Positions 7,301-14,400 of a stretch of DNA of 55,859 nucleotides are shown piece by piece. Within the stretch, counting starts at the first letter, position 1. The number at the start of each line of letters is the position of its first letter. The notes under the pieces are model-generated. The model made no database searches. It was not told the DNA's origin and saw only the letters and a list, made by a program, of their open reading frames with translations. The position numbers and the translations under genes are program-made. Source of the DNA: a virus; the IMG/VR virus record IMGVR_UViG_3300045988_036833, positions 1 to 55,859 of that record. One strand, 5' to 3'.

Positions 7301-7819
7301 TTATTCTCCTTTCTTCGCAGCGGCAGCGGGCTTAGAAAAGCTCTTCTGCCACTTTTCCAGTTCATCCAGCCTGTGGACGAGGGCGTTATACTCTTCAATG
7401 GGCACATACTGCTGTGTCGGTGCAGCGGTCTGCTGTGCCTGTTGCGCTTGCATCTGCCGCCACGCTTCCGGGCTGTAAAACTCCTGCACATAGGATTCGC
7501 AGGTGTCAGGGTTCAGCCGCTTGCAGTAGATCACGCCGCTCCGCAGGTCGGGACAGTAGGTCGGTCTGCCATACAGGTCAGACGGTATCGCCAAAAATTC
7601 CTCCCTGCTGGAAACAGGTCTACCAAGCAACCAGCCGCCTTCCTGCGCCGACTGCTGAACAGGCTGCTGCCCATTCATCGGCTGCGGACGCTGCGGTTGT
7701 GCCTGTTGCATCTGCGTGTTGGGCAGGGGAGTGGCAAGCCCTACCGTGCCCATACCGCCGTAAGGATTGACAGGCTGCTGCGGAACATAGGGCGTTCCGG
7801 GTGTCTGGTAATAGCTCAT
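7301..7819 (-). CDS. Q/P-rich hypothetical protein (172 aa)
   Basis: AAGGAGGGA RBS. N-terminal half is a low-complexity P/Q tract. First gene after a long leader. Confidence 0.7.
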   Translation of the reverse strand: MSYYQTPGTPYVPQQPVNPYGGMGTVGLATPLPNTQMQQAQPQRPQPMNGQQPVQQSAQEGGWLLGRPVSSREEFLAIPSDLYGRPTYCPDLRSGVIYCKRLNPDTCESYVQEFYSPEAWRQMQAQQAQQTAAPTQQYVPIEEYNALVHRLDELEKWQKSFSKPAAAAKKGE

Positions 7820-7938
7820 AAAACATCCCTCCTTGTGCTCCTAGTGTATCGCATCAGCAAAAAGCGAAAGACAACGAACGTCAAACGAAGGACAAAAAAA
7901 GAAAAGCGCCCACACGGAAAAATCCGCATGAACGCTTG

Positions 7939-7981
7939 AAAAAACAAAAGCCCCCGATGCTCCAAACGGAACACCGGGGGG
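7939..7981 (-). terminator. Intrinsic terminator inside the leader of the cargo operon (candidate attenuator)
   Basis: On the - strand: CCCCCGGTG...CATCGGGGG hairpin followed by CTTTTGTTTTTT, about 120 nt upstream of the ATG at 7819. Confidence 0.6.
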
Positions 7982-8203
7982 CTGCCAAAAAGGCGAAGTC
8001 TAAAATCAAGAGCGGAACCGCCCACAGGCAATGCCGCTCTCTACAAAGGCCGTAGCCTTTCAAGTCTAAAGGCGTCTCCCGCATAGTATACGCACTGCAA
8101 GTAGGCGGGCGGGAGACTAAATTTCTTGAGCTGTGCGCTTGTGCTGACAGAAATCTTTAGGCCAGACCACACCAGCAATTCATTAGGCGAATTGTCTGTA
8201 AAT

Positions 8204-8256
8204 ATTATACCACAATTCGTGCAAAAAGAAAAGCGGCAGACCCGAAAGCCTGCCGC
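8204..8256 (-). promoter_or_regulatory. Terminator + extended -10 promoter module 1
   Basis: On the - strand: hairpin GCGGCAGGCTTTCGGGTCTGCCGC (8233-8256), then TTTTCTTTTT, then TGTGGTATAAT (8204-8214). Confidence 0.6.
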
Positions 8257-8290
8257 TTCAATGCGTTTCGTGAGAAATCGCACCCAATTA
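8222..8290 (-). ncRNA. Candidate about 70-nt sRNA (from promoter module 2 to terminator of module 1)
   Basis: Bounded by an extended -10 (TGTAGTATAAT, 8296-8306) and an intrinsic terminator (8222-8256). No ORF or RBS inside. Confidence 0.35.
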
Positions 8291-8295
8291 AGATT

Positions 8296-8352
8296 ATTAT
8301 ACTACAATCCGTGCAAAAAGAAAAGCCAGCGGGTAAACGTTCTTCCGCTGGC
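8296..8352 (-). promoter_or_regulatory. Terminator + extended -10 promoter module 2 (duplicate of module 1)
   Basis: On the - strand: hairpin 8325-8352, then TTTTCTTTTT, then TGTAGTATAAT. The 31-nt core at 8296-8326 nearly matches 8204-8234. Confidence 0.6.
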
Positions 8353-8411
8353 TCTCTGTACACATTTCTCCGAAGTGTGTGTACTCTACTTCGGACGGTA
8401 TAAACAGTATA

Positions 8412-8696
8412 TCACACATTCAGCATTTTGTCAATGCCTTTCAGCCGGTAGCCTATCGCCGTCCGGCTGTAATGTGTCTGTGCTGCAATGTCCGGCAGCG
8501 GAAGTCGCTCAACGTACCGCAGTAAGGCTATCTTACGGTCTACCCTCCCAAGCGGTGCGCTTTTGATGGCGGCGGTGATCTGCTGTCGGTCAAGCCCTTG
8601 CAGGCACAGTGGCAGCACTACACGAGCCGCCGCCACAGGCAGCACCGAGCCAGAAAGGCTGCGGCAGCTGTCCGGCGTTGCGCACCATATTGCCAA
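8412..8696 (-). CDS. Sigma-70 region-4-like HTH regulator, C-terminal part (no credible own start)
   Basis: RKIALLRYVERLPLPDIAAQTHYSRTAIGYRLKGIDKML resembles region 4 of small phage sigma-like activators. The ORF opens only with TTG and has no RBS. Confidence 0.55.
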   Translation of the reverse strand: MAIWCATPDSCRSLSGSVLPVAAARVVLPLCLQGLDRQQITAAIKSAPLGRVDRKIALLRYVERLPLPDIAAQTHYSRTAIGYRLKGIDKMLNV

Positions 8697-8797
8697 GCGC
8701 GGCGAAACGGTGACAAAACGTCACCATTTCGTTGGCGTTGCCGAGATGGTATGTTTTCGTGAGGTCACGAAAACGTCCGTATGTAGTGCTTGCCATG
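8590..8797 (-). CDS. N-terminal part of the same regulator in another frame (68 aa ORF)
   Basis: ATG at 8797 with AAGGAGGATATC. Overlaps 8412..8696 by about 100 nt in a different frame. Confidence 0.5.
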
Positions 8798-8806
8798 ATA
8801 TCCTCC

Positions 8807-9148
8807 TTACTGCTTTTGCAGTGCTGCCCTTGCGCGGTCAAAGAAAAACTGAATGACCTTGCTCATGGTCTCTTCCGTGATAGCCCAGCTGATCAGCTTG
8901 CCCCACCGGCTGTTATTGAGATAAGTGCGCAGCATCTTGACGCACCAAGCTTTGCGCTCCGCGCCGCGCTTGGTGCCCTGAATCTCCTGCTCTGCCTGGT
9001 CAATGAGATTGAGCACCAGCGTCTTGACCGCTGCGCCGTAGCCCAGACGGATAAGCCCCAGTGCAAGTGACACAGCGCCCACAACAATGAGCACAAGCGC
9101 CAGCCACGCGGGCAACGGGGTGAGAATGGTGTTAAGAATGGTTTCCAT
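8807..9148 (-). CDS. Holin-type protein (N-terminal TM; LL-H-holin-like layout)
   Basis: LPAWLALVLIVVGAVSLALGLI as TM helix, then an amphipathic soluble tail. Lies directly downstream of the endolysin cassette. Good RBS. Confidence 0.6.
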   Translation of the reverse strand: METILNTILTPLPAWLALVLIVVGAVSLALGLIRLGYGAAVKTLVLNLIDQAEQEIQGTKRGAERKAWCVKMLRTYLNNSRWGKLISWAITEETMSKVIQFFFDRARAALQKQ

Positions 9149-9151
9149 GTG

Positions 9152-9409
9152 TTACTCTCCTCTCTCTTTTTCGAGATCTTCGATGCGGTGGTTTGCCACC
9201 TTGATTTGTTCTTCCAGCACTGGCACGCGCTTGGCAAAGTTGTTGTGCTCCCGGACTTCGCGGGTCAGTTCTTCCAGCTTGGTTTCGGTCACAGCCTGCT
9301 GCTTGTCCAGCTTGGCGTCCATGCTCTGGGCGGTGTGGTTGTTAGAGACGATCACGCCGATCAGGCTCAGACCGCCGGTGATGATCGCCACAATGATTGC
9401 TTCGCTCAT
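9152..9409 (-). CDS. Membrane-anchored coiled-coil protein of the lysis cassette
   Basis: N-terminal TM helix AIIVAIITGGLSLIGVIV plus a heptad-rich tail. ATGA overlap with the endolysin stop. Confidence 0.6.
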   Translation of the reverse strand: MSEAIIVAIITGGLSLIGVIVSNNHTAQSMDAKLDKQQAVTETKLEELTREVREHNNFAKRVPVLEEQIKVANHRIEDLEKERGE

Positions 9410-10245
9410 GCGCCCTCCCGGAGACGGGTCAGACCCTTCTTGCGGATGATTTTCGGGTAGTTGCGGGTGGTGGCGTTGAGGTCTACATTTCCCGTAATGC
9501 CCGGCACAGAGCCCTTGCTAGTGTGCTGGTGGGCGTGGTAGATGTAATCCACTTTGGGCGTCTTGCCCGTGTAGTCGGCAAGCCAGACGTCCCAGCGGCC
9601 TGCCAAGCGCTGCATGTCCAACTCATAGCTGTAACCCGTGTAGGTGTACAGCTGGGCGTAAAAGCCCATTTTCTCCACCTGCTCCAGCGCATAGGCGGTG
9701 AGGTTGGTGAGGTCGAGGGTGCTCATGGGCTTGAGCTTGTTTTCCTCTACGTCCACCGCGAGGGGCATGGTAAGCTCCTTGCCGTAGACCGCCTGCCGCA
9801 CAAGGGCAAGCTCTGCATCGGCCATCGCCTCGCTGGTGGCGTAGGTGTAGTAGTAGACACCCACGTCCAGCCCGGCAGCCCGTGCGTTGCGGTAATTGGT
9901 CTCAAATGTCGGGTCGACGTACAGCCCGTCCTTGCGTTTGCTCAGCTTGCTGTTGGTGGATACCGTCTTGAGCATGGCCCCCTTGTAGCCCGCCGCCTTA
10001 ATTTTGCGCCAGCCGTCGAGGGTGATTTTGCCCTGATACCGGCTCACGTCAATGTATCGGTAGGGTGGTGCGCCCTCCCAGCCGGGAGGAGCAGCACTCT
10101 GGGTGTCCACGGTGGACACGTCATAAATGCTTTTCTTGTCGTTGTAAATGCGGTACTCGCCATCCGGTGCGCCGGAGACGTCTGCCGCTTCCTTTGCGTG
10201 GGCAAGGGCGGCGAAGAGACGGGAGAAGAAAGTCAGGAGGTTCAT
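9406..10245 (-). CDS. Endolysin, GH25 muramidase family, with hydrophobic N-terminal signal/anchor
   Basis: IDVSRYQGKI, GAMLKT, GLDVGVYYYTYA and a later WLADY block fit the GH25 lysozyme pattern. N-terminal LLTFFSRLFAALAHA. Confidence 0.85.
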   Translation of the reverse strand: MNLLTFFSRLFAALAHAKEAADVSGAPDGEYRIYNDKKSIYDVSTVDTQSAAPPGWEGAPPYRYIDVSRYQGKITLDGWRKIKAAGYKGAMLKTVSTNSKLSKRKDGLYVDPTFETNYRNARAAGLDVGVYYYTYATSEAMADAELALVRQAVYGKELTMPLAVDVEENKLKPMSTLDLTNLTAYALEQVEKMGFYAQLYTYTGYSYELDMQRLAGRWDVWLADYTGKTPKVDYIYHAHQHTSKGSVPGITGNVDLNATTRNYPKIIRKKGLTRLREGA

Positions 10246-10294
10246 GTGGTCACGTCCTTTCGGTTTTTGGTAAGATAAAGCCCTCTTTAGTTAA

Positions 10295-11902
10295 TTAACC
10301 TGTATATTTTGATGGATATTCTGTATCGCTTGTTATGATCCCCCCTCGAATGACTGCTGTATCATATTTGCTTCCATAACTTTCGCAATTATACAAATAC
10401 ATTTCGGAATTACTTGTCCAATAATTTGACATTCTGTCTGGGTAATTAGCGTCTGTAATAGTAGAGATGCCGCTCGAACATCCATAATTAGCAGATTTAC
10501 AATCCTTATCTGCAACAACTCCACCGTGGCAAGCATAATATTTCCCATTGAGCCGAACAATGTAAGAACCATCATGTGATGTGGTAGCGTTAGAAGATTG
10601 CCCGGCATCTGATGTTAGGTATGAAGAACCATTATTATACGATTCGCAATTTACTTCAAGAGTATGATTTACAATATTGTTGTTGGCATGATAATTTAGT
10701 CCATCAAACGCATTATTATATGCCTTACAACCAATTACATAGGAAGTTCCGCCCAAAATACTTAGCCCATTTGAATTTTCTGCCATGTCAGAACCAGAAA
10801 ATATACATTTAAAAAGCGCAATTACTTTGTTTTCGGAAAGTACCGCTTTCAAAGTATTATATCCATGTAAAAACTGAAGAGATTCAATATAGCAAGAGTT
10901 TTTTATGCAAATCGGAGCATTCTTTTCGCCTATTCCATTGTCAATTACAACATTCCCAAGTCCAATTATGTTAATACTTTTTTCAATTTCTTCACCAGCT
11001 ATAAAATTCTCACCGGATTTATAGACACCCTCAGCCATCAATAGTGTTTGAATGTTTTTAACAGACAAAGCCCCTGCTATAGTTTTTTTAGGCGTCCTTA
11101 TACTTAATCCATCATTTTCATCATCTCCATCGGGAGACAAAAACACATTTATTCCGTCTTTCTTGTTTATGAAGCAATTTTTTACATTAAAATCCGTATA
11201 ATATCCATTGTTATCCTTGTAAATAGTTGCTTTAATTTTATCTTCATCAAACGGAAGAGCAATTGTTTCTCGTTTATTAGCCACGTTTAATTGCTCACCA
11301 ATATTGTCGTATTGTATCAATGATACATTGCTCATTTCAGAAACGTTCATATCCGATTCATCTATTTTTTTTAGCATAAATGCTGCATAAACGTCCCTGT
11401 CGTATTCAATCTTATAGTCATCACTTCTATATTTAAAGTCGAGCAATGCCACTCCACCGATTGAGTCAAAAAGCTGCAAAGCATACACGTATCCATCCTT
11501 AACGGTTACAAGGTATTTTTTACCAGCTTTAAGCAGAAAAGCTTCTGCATAAGAAGTAATTTTATTGATTGTTCTCAATCTGTTTTTAACATCTATATAT
11601 TCTATTGCCGCGACATAAGATCCTTTATTTACGGCAATTCCTCCCATATATGCCGGCAGATCTTCTTTCTTATATATTCCTATGTCTTCTAAATCTTCCT
11701 TTAGCGCACCAACCGCATCACCAGTAGCTTTTGCATCCGCAGCCTTGCCGGAGAGGGAGAGGGTGGGGTCGATGATATTATCGACAACGGCTTTCGTTTC
11801 GTTGGCGGCAGATTCGACCTCCACAATGCCGTTCTCGATGTGGTTCAGCTGCGGAGCGGTAAGTACTTCGCCGTTTGCAAAGTTTTGCTTTTGATAGCTC
11901 AT
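10295..11902 (-). CDS. Tail fibre / receptor-binding protein with beta-helix (pectate-lyase-like) C-terminal region
   Basis: N-terminal FANGEVLTAPQLNHIENGI is typical of fibre anchors. The C-terminal part has repeated N/G-rich rungs (NAFDGLNYHANNNIVNH..., GGVVADKDC). Sharp drop in GC below about 11690. Confidence 0.75.
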   Translation of the reverse strand: MSYQKQNFANGEVLTAPQLNHIENGIVEVESAANETKAVVDNIIDPTLSLSGKAADAKATGDAVGALKEDLEDIGIYKKEDLPAYMGGIAVNKGSYVAAIEYIDVKNRLRTINKITSYAEAFLLKAGKKYLVTVKDGYVYALQLFDSIGGVALLDFKYRSDDYKIEYDRDVYAAFMLKKIDESDMNVSEMSNVSLIQYDNIGEQLNVANKRETIALPFDEDKIKATIYKDNNGYYTDFNVKNCFINKKDGINVFLSPDGDDENDGLSIRTPKKTIAGALSVKNIQTLLMAEGVYKSGENFIAGEEIEKSINIIGLGNVVIDNGIGEKNAPICIKNSCYIESLQFLHGYNTLKAVLSENKVIALFKCIFSGSDMAENSNGLSILGGTSYVIGCKAYNNAFDGLNYHANNNIVNHTLEVNCESYNNGSSYLTSDAGQSSNATTSHDGSYIVRLNGKYYACHGGVVADKDCKSANYGCSSGISTITDANYPDRMSNYWTSNSEMYLYNCESYGSKYDTAVIRGGIITSDTEYPSKYTG

Positions 11903-12177
11903 TGATAAGTTACCTCCTCTTCATTTTCATTGGTTTGCGTAAAAACCGTTTCTGTTTCGGTATCAACAGGCTCATCGACTTTTGGTACGGGGCTGTATAT
12001 CAAGTTGATTCCATCCCACAAATAGTCTGTATAAAACCCTTCTGTCATTCCTGACAGGTCATCAAACAAAACTTCATCGGATGGCAGCGGGTTTGGGATA
12101 ACGCTTTCATGACACCAGCCGCCGCCATACAATCGACCATCCGATGCAACTTTGCACTTGAATTTGAAATGCTCCAT
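11899..12177 (-). CDS. Small tail-tip associated protein (92 aa)
   Basis: GAGGAG RBS. Overlaps the start of the fibre gene. Assignment by position only. Confidence 0.55.
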   Translation of the reverse strand: MEHFKFKCKVASDGRLYGGGWCHESVIPNPLPSDEVLFDDLSGMTEGFYTDYLWDGINLIYSPVPKVDEPVDTETETVFTQTNENEEEVTYQ

Positions 12178-12186
12178 AATATCTCC

Positions 12187-14010
12187 TCACATAAAACCGT
12201 ACAGTTCCAGCGGGCGGCATACGCTGTTGTTTTTGGTTGCGCCATCAGTAATGGGAGTTTCCAAATGTATCAAACCTGTTATAACGTTGTTTTTATAATC
12301 TGACGTTCGTTCTTTTCCGTAACCGAATGTGATTCCAGTGGTTTCAACTTTTACTTCTCTCCAATGAACGGTATTCCACGGATAAGCGTAAGAATATGTT
12401 TGTCCATTAACTGGAAGAACGACGGTAAGCCTGCCAGCGCCACCACCGGAAGCAAGCCAAGTTCCTTCTTTCTGTGTGTCGTAAACTAATATAACTGATG
12501 AGTAAGAGGAAAGGTCAATTTTTGTTGTTTGTGCATCAAATCCACCTGTAGGGTTTCCATAAGAATCCTTCTTATAAGGCCATTCAAAAATTTTACTGTT
12601 GCGAATGCCGTGAAAAGATATGCCACCGCTATATATAGAAACACTTCCATAGCCATCCGTTATGTCTATGCCATTGTCGTTTATAACAACTTTATTGTTT
12701 CCACGAACGACCTGTACGTTTTGACCGGTGATTTGAACTTTGCCTTCCCAGTTGCTGCGAGTGATGACCAACCCATTTTCAGGAGTAAACGTCATCATGC
12801 TATAAAGCTCTTCTTTTGCGTTTTGCTCTGCTTGGTTTATTTTTACTAGGTTTGCCCTGTCCGTTGCCGCCTGTTGGCTTGTAACGCCGCTTGTAGACTG
12901 CGTGTAGGAAGAGCTTGTGACGGTCTCGCCAGCGCCTGAAATCGCTGTGTTGCAGTTCAAAGCAAGCGTGACGTTGGTAACAATGGTATCATGTACAACG
13001 CCGTCTTTGTCCTTGTAGCGTATCATGTCCAGCGGGAACAAATACGGCGCAGACTTGATAGTGGCGCTGTATGGGCGGTAGGCAAACCCACCGCGTGCAG
13101 CTTGCAGTTCCTTCAAAACGCCCTCGTAAGCGTTTGTCAGGAACCCGCAGTCACTTAGATCAAGCGTGTAATCTGCTGTGCCGGACAGGTATGTGTTGCC
13201 CTTGCCATCGTCACAGGTGAAGCCGGTAATGGTGATGTCGTTCTCCAGCATATCACTGGAATAGCGCTCACTTGCGGTAATGGTCACGCCTGTCTGCTCA
13301 TACCATTTCAGCACAAGCCGTCCGCTGCCATCCATGAATGCGCAAGTGCCGGTAAGTTGTGCACACCATTGCAAAAGCTGTCGGTAGGTCAGCTTCTGGT
13401 TCGTGTCCGGCAGACCGCCGATGCTGAAATAGTGGTTCGGGAGCACCGAAACATCTGTTGCAAGCGTTACATTGCAGATGGAGCAGATTTTCTGGATAAG
13501 CGCGTCAACATGGACAGGGAAGGAGAGAGCGGAAGCGTTCACTTCACGGTCGAACAAGACCATGTAGTCCAGTGCGGAGATGCTTATAGTGCTCAGCTTG
13601 CGGGGCGGCGTGTCCACGATGAACAGACCGCAGGGAACGTATGCAACGTCTTGATCGGAGGATGCAGAGCCAAGAATCATACGCCCAAGAATGCCCTTGC
13701 CGAGCGTTGCGCCCTCAAGGACGCTGGCAAGCTTGATGCCGATTTTAACGTTCAGGACAGCGCCCTCGAAGGAAACATCGTTGAACTTGCCATCGTAGTT
13801 CCGCAGCTTCAAGGACAGTTCAGACGCGACCGCAGAGCCGACCTCGATTTTACTGTTGGTCACGCAGTACCGGTCAATCTTCAAACCACCCTGAATGATA
13901 TCTGCATCGGTGATGGTGAACGTCTTGCTGCCAGCGGTGACCTCAATAAGAGCAGTCTGTTTGTTGCCCTCGTTGAAGGATTTTATGATATCTTGCGATA
14001 CATTGACCAT
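12187..14010 (-). CDS. Tail-tip / baseplate hub protein (Tal-like, prophage tail endopeptidase-type N-domain)
   Basis: 607 aa. Lies directly after the Dit-position gene and the tape measure. N-terminal region is typical of siphovirus Tal proteins. Start overlaps the upstream stop. Confidence 0.7.
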   Translation of the reverse strand: MVNVSQDIIKSFNEGNKQTALIEVTAGSKTFTITDADIIQGGLKIDRYCVTNSKIEVGSAVASELSLKLRNYDGKFNDVSFEGAVLNVKIGIKLASVLEGATLGKGILGRMILGSASSDQDVAYVPCGLFIVDTPPRKLSTISISALDYMVLFDREVNASALSFPVHVDALIQKICSICNVTLATDVSVLPNHYFSIGGLPDTNQKLTYRQLLQWCAQLTGTCAFMDGSGRLVLKWYEQTGVTITASERYSSDMLENDITITGFTCDDGKGNTYLSGTADYTLDLSDCGFLTNAYEGVLKELQAARGGFAYRPYSATIKSAPYLFPLDMIRYKDKDGVVHDTIVTNVTLALNCNTAISGAGETVTSSSYTQSTSGVTSQQAATDRANLVKINQAEQNAKEELYSMMTFTPENGLVITRSNWEGKVQITGQNVQVVRGNNKVVINDNGIDITDGYGSVSIYSGGISFHGIRNSKIFEWPYKKDSYGNPTGGFDAQTTKIDLSSYSSVILVYDTQKEGTWLASGGGAGRLTVVLPVNGQTYSYAYPWNTVHWREVKVETTGITFGYGKERTSDYKNNVITGLIHLETPITDGATKNNSVCRPLELYGFM

Positions 14011-14387
14011 CAGTGTGCAGCCCTTTCGATGATGTTAAAGGATATCCCTTCCCAGCGATTCATCCGCGAATTGTACATCGGTACAGCGCGGTCGCCAACG
14101 TAGAACTCGCTGGTTTTCCAATCGCCAGCCATTGCGTCAAGATAGGTAACGTTGATGTATTCCGGGTTGAACGCTTTCAAGATAGCAGCGGCTTCTTTTA
14201 TCGTGGTGTACTTCCATTCCAGTTCCAGCTTGACGCACTGTCCAAGACGTTTCTTGTCCATCTTGTTATCCTCTGTGCGTCCGGCATCGGATGCCGAAAT
14301 GTCCTGTAACCGCCACTGATAAGAAGAGGGGCATTTAAGATACTGCCCATCCACGCTCCGAATCGGATTGTACTGGTCAAGTTCCAT
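14010..14387 (-). CDS. Distal-tail-position protein (125 aa)
   Basis: AAGGAGGGG RBS. Sits between the tape measure and the Tal-like gene. Positional call. Confidence 0.55.
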   Translation of the reverse strand: MELDQYNPIRSVDGQYLKCPSSYQWRLQDISASDAGRTEDNKMDKKRLGQCVKLELEWKYTTIKEAAAILKAFNPEYINVTYLDAMAGDWKTSEFYVGDRAVPMYNSRMNRWEGISFNIIERAAH

Positions 14388-14400
14388 AAATGCCCCTCCT

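Noticed and set aside
7820-8200. A known riboswitch class in the long leader of the cargo operon.
   Set aside because: I could not recognise conserved cores of the common classes (c-di-GMP, SAM, TPP, FMN, T-box and others) by eye. I report it only as a structured leader with a terminator.
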